From positions 66,836,001-66,900,000 of the forward strand of contig NC_043009.1 in the NCBI RefSeq assembly GCF_006345805.1: a stretch of 64,000 nt of DNA. The letters run 5' to 3'. The stretch is from Octopus sinensis. Its lineage: Eukaryota. The notes beneath the pieces were generated by a model. It had not been told where the DNA came from. It searched no databases and saw nothing but the letters and a program-made list of their open reading frames with translations. The position numbers were made by a program, and so were the translations under genes. This document shows positions 26,361-40,453 of this stretch, one piece after another (position 1 is the first letter of the stretch; every line of letters begins with the position of its first letter).

Positions 26361-26996
26361 AATAAAAGAAGGGTAAAGATACCGCTTGCTAAAAATGAAA
26401 GCGAAAGCTTCAAAATACCACCAATTCTACTATAAATACACACACGAGCAATGTAATGAAGATTTTTAAAAATAGGCCTACCTTCAGGATGGAATTTGAA
26501 GGTAGTTTGCATACCCCAATATCAATTTGATTTCATGCTGTGCATGAGAAAACGTGCCTTGCACTCATCAGCTAGAGACGGTATTTAATATCTATTTCTA
26601 AAATATTAATTGCGTCAACTCCTGTGCATTTCTGACTTTAAACGTCCCGTTCTGTTTAAAGAGAAAACTATCGTAAACAATAAAAAAGTAAATATATGAA
26701 ATATTATTACTGTTAAAAACAGTAATAATGATATTGGGGTATGTAAGCTACCTTCAAATTCCATCCTGAAGGTAGGCCTAATTTTTTTTAATATCCTTTG
26801 CGTTGCTCGTGTGTGTATTTTATCGTAAAATTGGTGGTTTTTTGAAGCTCTCGCTTTCATTTTTAGCAAGCGGTATCTTTACTCTTCTTTTATTCACATA
26901 TTTCATATTATACCTGTTCAGGTAGAAGTCTTGCTAGCCACCTCATTACTACTGTTTTTAACAGTAACAATATTTCATTATGTTTACTTTTTTATT
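26361..26996. repeat. Interlocking long inverted repeats, probably inverted Penelope pLTR copies
   Basis: 26361-26524 versus 26729-26894 (~165 bp, mostly matching by eye); 26679-26731 versus 26943-26996. CTGATGA-GTGC-AAG-GCAC on minus at 26554-26571. Confidence 0.75.
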
Positions 26997-27120
26997 TGTA
27001 GTAATATATATTTATACATAAATATATATAAGAGGAACAGCCATTACAGTATGCGTGTGTGTGAGTTTACGTCGTAGTTATATATATAAACAATAAGAAG
27101 ATGAGCAATTATTTTCTATA

Positions 27121-27327
27121 CAGTAATCTCTCGACTATCGTTGATGTTACGTTCTAAACCCTCCCACAGAAATAATTAAAATCTAAAAAAAATATGAACA
27201 CTTATCGGCCGCAGAAACCCGCGATGTACTGAGGATTCCGCGATATAGATTTACATATATTAGCTAGAAAAATGCGCAATGTACTGAGTGCGCGATAGGT
27301 GAACCGCGATTTGGCGAGGAATGGCTG
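27121..27327. mobile_element. Tc1/mariner (Tigger-like) MITE
   Basis: TA|CAGTAATCTCTCGACTATCG ... CGATTTGGCGAGGAATGGCTG degenerate TIRs; internal CCGCGAT motifs. Confidence 0.6.
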
Positions 27328-27354
27328 CATATATTTTAATGTATAGTAGTAATC

Positions 27355-27512
27355 TTTATGTTCTGAGCTCAAATTCCGCCGAGGTCAACTTTGCCTTTCA
27401 TCCTATCGGGGGTCGATAAAATAAGCACCAGATGATCATTGGGGGTCGATGTAATTACCTTACCCCTTTTCCCGAAATTGCTGGCCTTGTGCCATTTTAA
27501 ATTTGAAACCAA
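27355..27512 (+). mobile_element. SINE group B, 5'-truncated
   Basis: Core and tail present. Confidence 0.85.
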
Positions 27513-29126
27513 TATACAAAAGTAATATGTATTTAGTACGAAAAGGAGCAGCTGTTACAATATATATTTTGATATATTGTAGTAACAGATATATGTAGCA
27601 TGAAGTGAAATTATTGCAAAGACATAAAGGTTCATGTGAGCTATCAACCACAATGCTACAAAATTTATTGATAATACAGATACAGCCCATAATTTTATGC
27701 TTTCGTGCAATGATCGTATTCTTATTTTTCGTTTGATCCTTAACAAGTAGAATTTCCATTAAATTAGTCGAACATCAAAGATCTCTGGGTTCCCAGTATA
27801 AGTCTTTGCTTTAACCAATACCATTCATCCCAAACTGTAATGTGTATTGGTTTCTTTCGGCTGCCGTCAATATCCTAATAAGGACGTAGCATTTTTCAAG
27901 TAAGGTTTCTGAAAAACGTATGTCTTGAAAGTATTGCACCTCGGTTTATTTGCGGTGGATGCCTTATATAAAGTATTAATTCTAATTAGATATTTATAGG
28001 GAACTTCCTTAATTAAGTAGCTTGAGCAAAGTATAATTCAGTTTAGCAAAATTAGATAAAATTGTATTCTGATCTATGTTCAAAGTATAGGATAGTATTA
28101 AAATATTTCTGTTAATATTTTATTGTATTCGTGTTGTGGGTAAAACGCCTCAGTAATGAAAAATATATTCTCAACGAAAGTAACCACTCCAGAATTGTGA
28201 GGAGGGTTTTACAGGGTAATTTTCCTACAACTATTTCTATACTTTTATACTGTGAATTTATATAATTTCGTTTTGTGGTGCTTGGTGTAATGATGTACTA
28301 TAACTCCATGCTGCAAGTTCATGGTGTATTTACACAAGCAGTCACCGAGCAATACGAAACATGCTGTCCTCCACAAAAGTACATCGGCTCATATGAATTT
28401 CCGTATGTAATAGAAACACATCCTGCAATTTATATAGAATGGTAGCAAAATACTTCAGTAAGGCATTAGAATATGTAACAGACTGTTTATAAACAGCCTA
28501 TTTAGACCAAATACAAAACAAAGGTCATGCGATATAATCTTTCGCATTCAATGAATGTTAACTCGATTGGGAAAGTTTTTCGTGCATATTTTTGAATTTC
28601 GCTCACTTCACGGATATAAATTCGGAGAAATCTTTAACCTAAATTCACCCAAAATAAGCTACTCAACACCATTCTCCATAAATAATAGAATATATTGAAT
28701 AATTCAAATTACAAATTATGAATAATTCAAATAATGAATAATTCAAATAACATTAACACTTCAAAATGCAATTGCCGTTCTCAAAATGACTGTCCAGTCA
28801 ATAGCAATTGTCTAGAAAATCCATTACCTATGCAACCATTGGCACTTTTAACATTAATCGGAAAGGCATAAGTTACTTCGGATTAGCAGTAAATTCGATT
28901 AAACTACCTGTATACTCACACTTTTACAAGTTTAAAGACATGATATGGTACTTACACTTAGTACTTGAAAAATTACATCGTAACTCTCAACACAATTGAC
29001 TATTTACGATGCATTTTGAAGTAAAAAATGCGGAGCTGCTTCCCTCTGCTGTCATCGCTGAAAGAGTTGAAGCAGGGTTTACTTGAAGAATGGTTCGAAA
29101 TTTCCCTAGGAGCTCTGTATTAAATA

Positions 29127-29476
29127 CTAGCAGTTAAGCCCGGTTTCACCCGGTCTGTTTGGATGATGTGGGTGTGATCGCTTTCGGTTAGGTATAATCT
29201 ATAACAGCGTTTCTCAACCTTATCATTTTGGGTCCCGTTTCGATTGGAGCCTCCAGCTCTATGAAAATTTCTTCCCCCACCCCTGTTAGAAAACCGCTTC
29301 AGATCGATTTTCTCAGTAACTATGGGGGCTAGGGTAAAAATGCAAACTGCATTCCAATCTATGCACCCGTCTCCACATGTGTGCCATTTTTCACGCGAAT
29401 CCACCCAGCCATTTGTCTGTGAACCTCAAGTCAAGAAAGAATACAACGCTCGTCCATATCCAATTTATATTATAGA
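29127..29476 (-). mobile_element. Non-autonomous Helitron
   Basis: Minus strand reads A|TCTATAATATAAA ... CCGG-GTGAAA-CCGG hairpin ... CTAG|T. Confidence 0.7.
29205..29298. mobile_element. Possible small hAT MITE nested in the Helitron
   Basis: CAGCGTTTCTCAACC ... GTTAGAAAACCGCT degenerate TIRs; no TSD seen. Confidence 0.3.
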
Positions 29477-29649
29477 TTAAAACTTCCATTTAACGAGTGT
29501 TTTCATTGTTTTATTCCACGCCTGTACATAAGCACGTACATAAAAAAATATGGTCTTTTTTTCGCATGCAATAAATCAGTAACCCGCGTGTTTTCTGTAC
29601 CAATAACCATAGCAACATTTAAGCTATTTGATTGGGCCCCGGGTGGGAT

Positions 29650-29858
29650 CTGGCAGAATCGTTAGCAGGCTGGGCAAAATGCTTAGCGGCATTTCACCCG
29701 TCTCTACGTTCTAAGTTCAAATTCGATCGAGTTCGACTTTGCCTTTCATCCATCAGGTATCGATAAATTAAAGTACCAGTCAAGTACTGGGGTCGAAGTA
29801 ATCGACTCGCCCCTTCCCTTAGAATTACTCACCTTGGGGGCCAAAATTAGAAATATTT
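29650..29858 (+). mobile_element. SINE group B
   Basis: Head CTGGCAGAATCGTTAGC, core and tail. Confidence 0.85.
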
Positions 29859-29889
29859 TCATTTAGGTGTTTTGTTCTGCTGCAGCAAT

Positions 29890-30246
29890 TGTTGTTGTTG
29901 TTGTTGTTGCTGCTACCACTGCTGCTGCTGCGGCTGCTGCTGCTGCTGCGGCTGCTGCTGCTGCTGTTGCTGCTGCTGCGGCTGCTGCTGCTGCTGCGGC
30001 TGGTAGTGATGGTAGTGGTGGTAGTGGTGGTGGTGGTGGTGTGGTGGTGGTGGTGGTGGTGGTGGTGGTGGTGGCGGTGGCGGTGGCGGTACTGCTGCTG
30101 CTGCTGGGGGGGGGCATTGGCCCTTGTCATCGTCGCCGTTTTAGTGGTAACAGTGGTTATAGTCTTATAAAAGCGGCTGACTGAGAGAAGCAGTAGTAGT
30201 AGTTGTAGTAGTAGTTGGGGATGGGGTGCGGATTGTTTTGATGATA

Positions 30247-30278
<32 letters not shown>

Positions 30279-30480
30279 CGCCTTTATGATAACAGTGGTG
30301 GTAGCCGTGGTCATCATGTCAATACTGATCATAGTAGTGATGATGACGATCATGATGGCGGCGGCGGCAGAGGTGGGTGGTGGTGGTCGCGGCGGCGGTG
30401 GCGTTGGTGGTGGTGGTGGCCGTGGTGATGGTGGTGTTGACTATGATGGCGTCATCGATTACGCTGATGATGATCGTGAT
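29890..30480. repeat. Compound trinucleotide tract (GTT/GCT/GGT/GTA/GAT)n
   Basis: Direct reading. Confidence 0.95.
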
Positions 30481-30756
30481 GACAATCTTGTCGGTGCGCA
30501 GTAAACGCGGTACAGTTATTATTATTTTGCCCACAGGTTTTTCGTTTCCTATTTGCGTTCTGTGAATTAATAGAAAACCGCACACACATTCCAGGCGATT
30601 CATTACCAAAGTGCAGAACCATGCACACAAACACACATACAAATACGCAGGCACATACTCACACATACATGCATATATATTCATATACACATACACACAT
30701 ACACGAACAATGTACACTTCTTTTTTTCACGCAAATGGTCAATGGATTGCAGAACT

Positions 30757-31148
30757 CTTTTACTCTTTTACTCTTTTACTCTTTTGCTTGTTTCAGTCAT
30801 TTGACTGCGGCCATGCTGGAGTACCGCCTTTAATCGAGCAAATGGGAGCCTAGAACTCATTCTATCGGTCTTTGTTCCCGAACCGTTAAGTTACGGGGAC
30901 GTAAACACACCACTATCGGAGCGAGGGACAAACACAGACACACAAACATATACACACATACATATATATATATGTACATATGTACGACGGGCTTCTTTCA
31001 GTTTCCGTCTACCAAATCCACTCACAAGTCTTTGGTCGGCCCAAGGCTATAGTAGAAGATACTTGCCCAAGGTGCCACGCAGTGGGAACGAACCCGGAAC
31101 CATGTGGCTGGTAAGCAAGCTACTTACCACACAGCCACTCCTGCGCCT
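30757..31148 (-). mobile_element. SINE group A, full length
   Basis: (TTTTACTC)n tail through to head ..CACACAGCCACTCC. Confidence 0.92.
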
Positions 31149-31551
31149 ATAGTTTGAACGCCAGATAAAATGGTATTTACGTATGTTCCTTTATTTTTTT
31201 AGTTCAAATCTCGCTTACATAGACTTTGTATTTTACTCTTCCAGCCGTGATCATGATTCCAGAACATGATTCTTTTTCTTCTTCGAGACAATCATCTAAG
31301 ACTGCATCTTATATAACTTGTCTTTTTTTTTGCGAGCTGCCATTGTCACCACCTCCACCGCCACTGCCACCAATACCAGCAGTAGCAGTACTACCACCAC
31401 CACCACCACCACCACCGCAACCGCCACAGCTACTTCCACCATCATCATCATCATCATCTACGACCACCAGTACTAACATGACGAGTCATGGCTGTGTGGC
31501 AACTACGTTGTTTTAGAATTCGATCCAACCGCGCCGCAGCACCTCCAGGAA

Positions 31552-31770
31552 ATACCTATTTCTTTACTGCCCACAAGGGGACAAACAAGGACAGACAAAC
31601 GGATTAAATCGATTATATCGACCTAAGCGCGCAACTGGTACTTAATTTATCGACCTCGAAAGGATGAAAGGCAAAGTCGACCTCGGCGGAATTTGAACTC
31701 AGAACGTAGCGGCAGACGAAATACCGCAAAGCATTTCACCCGGCGTGCTACCGATTCTGCCAGCCCGCCG
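31552..31770 (-). mobile_element. SINE group B
   Basis: Head, core and alternative tail (..GGACAAACAAGGACAGACAAACGG). Confidence 0.88.
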
Positions 31771-32180
31771 TCAATACCGCACACTGAATGAAACCTTGTA
31801 ACTGCCAGTGTTTTGCGAATCAAATTTTGCTGATGGAAATTGTGTGGAATCCTGTCAGAAGGATAGTTCCTGTTTGTGGATTGCAGGTTTCACCTGCCAC
31901 CCAGTTTAACATCATACCTCAGCAAAATTCATTTTTAGTTTTAAAAAAATTCAGGCTATATCACCGCTCTGGGGATAACTTCCTTCCTTCATTCCATCAG
32001 TCTCGAAGGACCTTAAAAGCGTGATTGAGAAGTTCTTCCGCGTGTGGTTTAGTGATAAAAAGTACCGGTCAAGTTTGGAACCGGTACAACGAATATAATC
32101 CTGAAAGCCTCGCCTTTGTCTGGTCGCTAAAATCACCGATAAAAGAATACATCTCAATGTACAACCGAAAGATGCATATG

Positions 32181-32349
32181 CGCAGGAGTGGCTGTGTGGT
32201 AAGTAGCTTGTTTACCAACCGCATGGTTCCGGGTTCAGTCCCACTGCGTGGCACCTTGGGCGAGTGTCTTCTACTATAGCCTCGGGCCGACCAAAGCCTT
32301 GTGAGTGGATTTGGTAGACGGAAACTGAAAGAAGCCCGTCGTATATATG

Positions 32350-32380
<31 letters not shown>

Positions 32381-32596
32381 TTGTGTGTCTGTGTTTGTCC
32401 CCTTAGCATTGCTTGACAACCGATGCTGGTGTGTTTATGTCCACGTCACTTAGCGGTTCGGCAAAAAGAGACCGATAGAATAAGTGCTGGGCTTACAAAG
32501 AATAAGTCCCGGGGTCGAGTTGCTCGAGTAAAGGCGGTGCTCCAGCATGGCCGCAGTCAAATGACTGAAATAAAGTAAAAGAGTAAAAGAGAGAGT
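32181..32596 (+). mobile_element. SINE group A, full length, young-looking
   Basis: Nearly identical to the copy at 1229-1637. Confidence 0.93.
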
Positions 32597-32877
32597 ATGC
32601 GTGTCTCCGGACAGCTGGAAATGTAAGTCAAATCTCCCTCTCCAGATTCCATCCTTTTAGAAAGGGGAAAGACATTGGCTAATGTTGCCTTTGATGGATA
32701 TTAAAAATATTTCCACAAAATGCCACTTACAACATGACCACAACTTCTGAAATGGAAATAACTGGAACAACAGTTGATATCGGAATATCCGTCCCTATCA
32801 GCTTGCAAAGGTGACACGTTCTATAAAATGCAGTCTTAGACAATTGCCTCAAGGAAAAAGAAATTGTGTTAAGATGC

Positions 32878-33023
32878 CACCATCGCTTGACAACCGATGT
32901 TGGTGTGTTTACGTCCCCGTAACTTAGCGGTTCTGCAAAAGAAATCGATAGAATAAGTACAAAGAATAAGTTCTGGGGTCGGTTTGTTCGACTAAAGGTG
33001 GTGCTCCAGCATGGCCGCAGTCC
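32878..33023 (+). mobile_element. SINE group A, 3' half
   Basis: CATCGCTTGACAACCGATG..GGTGCTCCAGCATGGCCGCAGTC. Confidence 0.85.
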
Positions 33024-34014
33024 AACTTAAATGTATGATTTTTCTCATTTCAACTAAAATATCAACATATATATTTTTGATAACTGAAATAGGCAGATGT
33101 GCTTCATGATGACACCTTAGATTGTAATCCCGTCTATATACTATGGGTGCATATACATACATATGCGTGTGTGTATGTATGTATGTGCATATAGACACAT
33201 GTATACAAATATGCATATAAATATATGTATTATGTGTGCGTGCGTGTGTCGAGAGAGACAGACAGATTGATAGAGAAGGAGAGAAGACAAAACTAAACAG
33301 GAGAGATCGCTTATAAAGTATTGAGATACACCAGCCTACGCGTATTTCATTAACAAAGAATGGTTGTTAGATATATAATGTAATTTGCATAATCAAACTG
33401 CATTATTGAATCTTAAGCGATGCGTATTTTCCATTTGCAATATTACAGGATTAGTGACACTGTAGCCGTCATTGCCGGCAATGCTCATACTATCACTAAT
33501 CAGTAATAATATGAATGAAAATTACACATCTCTGAAGATTTGACAATGCAAATTTACTAAACGACTCATATTATAAACCTAATAATCATTCGTAATGAAA
33601 GCTGCGTAAGATGATGTAACTAACTATTAAATTTGCAACCTTTTCTGTTTTGCTTTGTTTTCTATATGCACGAATGTGACATACCCAAGTGCAGATTCCA
33701 GTTAAATGTTACGGGAACTATAATACGAATCCTCACAGTTTCCCTTCAGATATACAAGGAAAGTCATAGATTTCTAAATATTGGTTATTTATTTGTTGTG
33801 CAATTTAAATTTTAAACCGTACTGCATACGTGCGTGCGTACGTGCATGCGTGTGCATGTGCGTACGTGTGTGTTGTGGTGCGTATGCGTGTGTATTTACT
33901 TATACATAGTGTATTCCTTAAGTGCAACTACGAGACAATTTTAAGTGATTTACTCATGCTGTCTTCCTGATAACTAATTTTGGTTGAACTAACCCTTGTG
34001 TATTAATAATTTAG

Positions 34015-34104
34015 CTGATCAAATAATTCAGGCGATTAGCTGAGATAATTAATAGTCAAACAAAATGGCAGCTCCCGGTTAAATCGACTGAACAAAATGA
34101 TTCC
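34015..34104 (+). other. Candidate spliced exon (possible 5' UTR/start-codon exon)
   Basis: CTAAC branch point at 33989-33993, AG at 34013-34014 (alternative AG at 34030-34031), donor CC|GTAAGT at 34105, two CAAAATG contexts. Unique, non-repeat sequence. Confidence 0.35.
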
Positions 34105-34204
34105 GTAAGTTCCCGCTAGATTAACCATAATAATAATGATTATTATTATTATTATCACCATTATTATTACTATTATTATTAACATTATTATTATTATTAT
34201 TATA

Positions 34205-34240
<36 letters not shown>

Positions 34241-34819
34241 TTATTATTATTATTATTATTACTATTATTATTATTACTATTATTATTATTATTATTATTA
34301 TTATCATCGATGTTGTTATTAAATTATCACTAATTATTAACAAGAACAGATGACGCTAATGCTATAAATTTCTTGATGACAAAGATAAGGAGTAATGCGA
34401 TATAACGTTTAGCAAAGAGAGGGACAGGGCCACATTGGCGGATGATTGTCTTGCTCAAGCACTCGACTGATATTTATTTTATCGATACCAGATGGACGAA
34501 AGTATCGCTCGAGCTTGGCGAAATTCGAACTCGGAACACAAAAAGATACGCATAGCATTTAATTTGTCACGCTACCTGTTCTGTATCAGTTCGGTGTGTT
34601 TTTTTTAAACAAAATTGTACCTTCTTTTTTGGTGTTCTTCTTATAAAATAATATTATTTGGAATTTCAGCAGCAATCATAAGTTGGAATGATCAAATTGC
34701 TGTATATTGAATCCACAATGGTATCTGAGAAAACTAGGGACGATTGGTCTCAGGAATTTTGGAGGACAAACAGTTCAAAGGTCTAAAGAAATGTTGTGTC
34801 AGGAATTTCTTGCTTATTG

Positions 34820-35031
34820 GCTTTAAATTTTGGCACAGGGTCAGCAATGTCGGGGTTGGGATTAGTCGACTACGTTGACACCAGTTCACAACTGGTACTC
34901 ATTTTATCGACCTCGACAGGATGAAAGGTTAAATCGAACTCGGCGGAATTTTGAACTCAGACCGTAAAGACGGACGAAATGCCGCTAAGCATTTTGTCCG
35001 GCATGCTAACGATTCTGCCAGATCGCCGCCT
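34820..35031 (-). mobile_element. SINE group B
   Basis: Head, core and tail. Confidence 0.85.
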
Positions 35032-36225
35032 TTTTCTTGCTTATTACTGCACTGCATTTAGCAGTGTAGTGATGAAGGATCACTATCTGGATTGTCATTA
35101 GTGTGGAAATTGACATTTTATAAATCAGTGTTTAAACCGTTGTAGGGGACGTCTATAGCGCTGGGGTTGGATTCGGATATTGGAGTCTTAACAACGACAA
35201 CGAGATCAACAACATCAAGAGCAGAAACAACTTTGACAACGACGCTAACAACAACAATAACAGCGACTCGTCAAAGCAGCCTCTACCCAGTCGCTCGGCT
35301 CGCTAGAAATATTAACCAAACCTTTGTCCAAATCATGCCTTACTGTTGTAGAAAATAACACTTTGGATAATATAGACCCTAGCTGACACTGTGCGTGAAG
35401 AAAGATGGGAAGGTCTCTTTTGGACTGTCTTTAAACAGATGTGCTCCGTCAGATTTGACCAGGGGCTAAACAACAGTAACTCTCCATCAACGCAACAACT
35501 GCATTAACTAACATGGCGTTAAAGTAAATTTGACAAATGTCAAGATAAAATAAACAGCTTCATGATTAATTCCAAAGTATTAAATGTGTGAAGATGTTTC
35601 AAATTATTTTAGTTTGAAATCAATAAATCGAAATGGGAAGCCGTAGATACGCCACGGCAGCAGATACAACTCCTGCGCCTTCCGTCTCTCCCTTGTCATT
35701 AACCGATTCCATGTTTTCCATCATTTTCCTCCCTCGCCATTCCTTCATATCTCTCAACCACCTTCCTTTGTGATGTTCTTATTATATCTCTTTCACCGAG
35801 GCCCGTCCATGCATGACCATATTCACGAGAAATGGGGAATATCAACATGTCTTTTTATAAGAACAAACCACTTCATTTTCTGTCTTTTACAATTAAACAA
35901 GAATTTCATGGGTTTATTTGTGTCTTTTTTTTTTTTAATTCTTTTTCTTGCCAGTCTGGAAGAAGGGGCAGTTCTTGTGGCCTTTGCTGGCCCTCTTGTG
36001 GTTCACAACCCTCTCGTATGTTTAAAATAGATTCTGAAAATATTAGAAGCGACAGCAGAGAAAAGGAATCCGTTTAATTATAAACAAAAACGATTGGATA
36101 TAAAATGAAGAGGAAATCAGTCTCCTTCAAGGTGCAGCAAAACAGTTGTTGTAAGACAATTCTAATATCAGTATCTTTCAACAGAAGGGCCACGAGTTCG
36201 AGTGTAGCAAGAATCAACTTACACC

Positions 36226-36781
<556 letters not shown>

Positions 36782-37220
36782 TATATAAACACACACACAC
36801 ATATATATATATATATACATACACACATTATATATAAACACACACACACACACATATATATATATACACTGCTTGCTGCACTTATGAGGTGTAGCTAACG
36901 ATTGTATTGCGTAACATCATGTATTACCGAACACTGAAACATATGTGACATGAAATAAAGGAATACCAAATCGAAGCCGATGTTCCTTTCTATCATCACA
37001 CATACACACACAAACACACACATATATATGTATACGCTTGTGTATGTATATATATTGTGTGTGTTGTGTGTGTGTGTGTGTGTGTGGTGTGTGTGTGTGT
37101 GTGTGTTACATGTGCTGTGACACATAATGGCCAGGTTTTCTCAAAGATTCAGAAAGTTGAAGGCTAGAGACACATCATTTACTAATGGGTGTCGTCTTCT
37201 TTACAAGATCTCTTTCTCTT

Positions 37221-37274
<54 letters not shown>

Positions 37275-37705
37275 ATGACTTTCACTTTTGCCAAAGATTT
37301 TCTTTTTCTTCATCTTTAATTCCAAAATTATAATGTATATAATTATATCTTCACATATTTCAGTCTGGCTGTTAAAAGGGCGACTTGTAATCTAAAGTGA
37401 CGAGACAAAACCAACGCAACAGAATATAATTATTTTTTCTTTTTACTCTAATTAGATCCGACATCAACAACAGTGCAAGCTGATGTCTTATGTATTTTAT
37501 CTTTTCTTGTCAAATATATTCAGAAACCATTTAATACTGTTTTTGCTGAAACTTCCACTAAAAGCCTAACTCGATATATACACACCGCACATGTTTAATT
37601 AAATCCACGTATATTAAAGTAGATTTGTTAGAACAGTTTATACACTGTGTAGCGTCTCTTTTGCGTAGAATCTTCAGCAGATTCTAAGTTGTATATATAT
37701 ATATG

Positions 37706-37739
<34 letters not shown>

Positions 37740-38824
37740 TGTATGTATGTATGTATGTATGTATGTATGTATGTATTAATCTTGCAGAAACACAGAAATG
37801 GATGATTACATTCAGAAAATTAATAAAACAAGTTATATTTAGTTGAATTAGCATTTAGATACCCTCTTCCCGATGGTTATTCTGTCAGATGTTCTTTGTT
37901 GTAAATAACAAGTGCAATATTAGGCAAACTATCTCTGGTGCCACCAGGATCTTTTGGCTGTTAGAGATATAGTTTGAGACGGGTTTATAACAACAGTAGC
38001 GGAGATGGTCACAAGTGGAGAGCCTTTCTTAACATAAATATTTCAAATGGATAAATGTTTATGGAGTTCAAATCCTGTCGAGGTGACCTTCGCCCTTCAT
38101 TCTTTCGGGATCGAGGAAATAAAATACCAGTCATATACTGGGACCGATGGAATCGACTAAACATCTTCCCCAGAATTTGTACTTTCTGCCTATGCTAGAA
38201 ACATATGAGTTTTCTCTGCCAGACTTTGCCTAAAGATAGTCAAAGCGACATAAACACTGAAAATGGCAGCGAAGAAATAACAAAACTCTGATCCGATCAC
38301 AGAACCTGCTAAAAATAACAGCAAAACATTGAAAAATGTAGTCACGGTTGGCAGGCCGTCAGTCAGTTCGATGTCACTTGAGGAGAGTAACAAGAATTGC
38401 TAGCAATGACATTACTACTAACCATACAGTCTCTAATGCTGCGACCACATTTTCTACGTGATATTTACTACATCATATTTAGTCTAGTCTAGGCCGACGA
38501 AGGTCAATCATCCTGAAACACGTGTCCCTAGATGCAGCCCGGGCGGCTGGGAGTATTTGTCTCCCCTTCGTAAATGTATATAAGGACACAGGAAAAATGT
38601 GTTAAAGCCATCAGGAGGCGTCGATGCTTCCTAGGGCTAAACAGCGGTGGTGTACCCCCCTACTGTCACGTTCGTGTTAGATTGACAGTATACAACCATT
38701 CTATTTAGTTCCGTTAACCATTATTTCGAAACTGGTCTCACTTGTGCTCGATCCTGCAGTCACAGAACTATCCCCAAAGCCGTCTTTACTATCACATCCA
38801 CGATGCCACAACATCAGCCATTAC

Positions 38825-38938
38825 CATTTCCCTCTGCGACTATGAATGGTGCAATTGTACTCGGCACAAAGACCAAGATGAAGTCTATCAATCACCACTA
38901 TCGAACCATATTCATCGATCACAATGAAACGAGGTTGT
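38825..38938 (-). CDS. Candidate 114-nt exon, Ig/cadherin-strand-like peptide (unconfirmed)
   Basis: TTAG|A-CAA...AAA-TG|GTAATG; reads QPRFIVIDEYGSIVVIDRLHLGLCAEYNCTIHSRRGK, phase 2-2. Competing plus-strand readings exist. Confidence 0.22.
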
Positions 38939-39258
38939 CTAAGCAGCTACGTTAACGACAGCAGCAACAATAACAATCCTTCCGCAACAATAACAGCAGC
39001 CCTCCCCCCGTATGGTAGACTGGGAGCCTGTTAGACTTTCAGTCCACCATATTTTAACAACGACCACCACAGCATCTTCACCAACAGCAGCAACGAAACC
39101 AACAACAACAACAACAACATCAATGAAATCGGCAACAGCAGCAGCAGCACCAACAACAACAGCAACAACAACGACGACGACGATGATATTAGCGAAATCG
39201 ACGACAACCACTTCTACTACTACTACTACTACTACTACTGCTACTACTACTACTGCTG

Positions 39259-39296
<38 letters not shown>

Positions 39297-39989
39297 GCTG
39301 CTGCTACTGCTGCTGCTACTACTACTACTACAACAACAACACTGGCCACAGCAGCTGCAACAACAACAGCAACAATAGAGAAACATTAATAGTCCGCCAA
39401 TACGTCAACATTCAAATTTTAATGCCATTTGCCATTTTCTTTTCCTGTGATTATTTATTTTTCTTGCATTGTTCTTTGTTTTTAATTATTTTATGCTTCT
39501 TTTCTATTATTGCTTTATTTTTCTTCATTGCTGTTGTTGTTGCAATTGTTGCAGTTGTCGTTGTTGTTGTTGTTGTTATTTTATTTCATATCACTAATTG
39601 CAGTTTTCAGTAATTTATTACAATGGATGTCACTGCGGCTCACGATTCCATACTTGCTTCTGTTACTGAGCATTGTGCATTGTTGTTGTTGTTGTTGTTG
39701 GTGTTGTTGTGGCGGTGGCACAGGCGGCGGTGATGCCGGTGGTAATGGCGGCGTTGTCGGTGATGGTTTGTTTTTGTTTTTTTGGGGGTTTTTTTAGCGC
39801 CAGGCAAACATTGATCGACTGGACCCGTGTCGAAAGGTATTCCAGCAGTGATCATTCCACCGTTTTTATTCCTATGCGGAGAAATCACTGGAACATATTA
39901 TCTAACGATGATATAATGCTGATTTATGACGATGATGATGATGATGATGATGACTATTATTATCATTATTGTTATTGTATTCCTTTTTT

Positions 39990-40100
39990 TTCTTCTTTCA
40001 AATTTGCTTCCATTTCTTGCCGAGTGTCTTCCCGACTCCTAGGGCAAAGAAACTCATAGTATACATTGGTAGGCCATTAAACCAAACTCGGTAGTTCGTT
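39990..40100 (-). mobile_element. 3' UTR of Dong-like family 3
   Basis: Homologous to 46530-46616. Confidence 0.7.
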
Positions 40101-40144
40101 CATTTTTTTTTTTTTTTTTTTGTTAAATACATGAGCAGCAATTA

Positions 40145-40180
<36 letters not shown>

Positions 40181-40402
40181 GAGTGAGAGAGCAGTTCATG
40201 CCATCAAAGTGACACTGGGGTAAAATATACGAAGCCCAATATACCCATCATGACTACCCGTCTGATAAAGGTACACCAGGCACATGCATCACAACCATAT
40301 GTGCGCTACATGGTGATCTCATATCAAGATAAACAGCACATGACCTTGCAGGTGGGGCCCAGTTAGAATTTTCTTCAGGTTGAGTAGCCCATCCCGCTCA
40401 AA
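40181..40402 (-). mobile_element. 3' portion of the (AAT)n-associated repeat
   Basis: Reverse complement of ~47020-47241; (ATT)n on both sides. Confidence 0.9.
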
Positions 40403-40404
40403 CG

Positions 40405-40453
<49 letters not shown>

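Noticed and set aside
29863-30504. Poly-Ala/Gly/Val ORFs resembling low-complexity transcription factors
   Set aside because: Compound trinucleotide microsatellite with no flanking domain or splice structure.
37430-37500. Strong polypyrimidine tract plus AG at ~37454 as an exon start
   Set aside because: The donor is weak and the peptide short and uninformative; such signals are common by chance in AT-rich DNA.
38939-39389. Thr-rich mucin-like ORFs (also 57245-57827)
   Set aside because: Derived from (ACA/ACT/ACC)n tracts; comparable ORFs are open on both strands.
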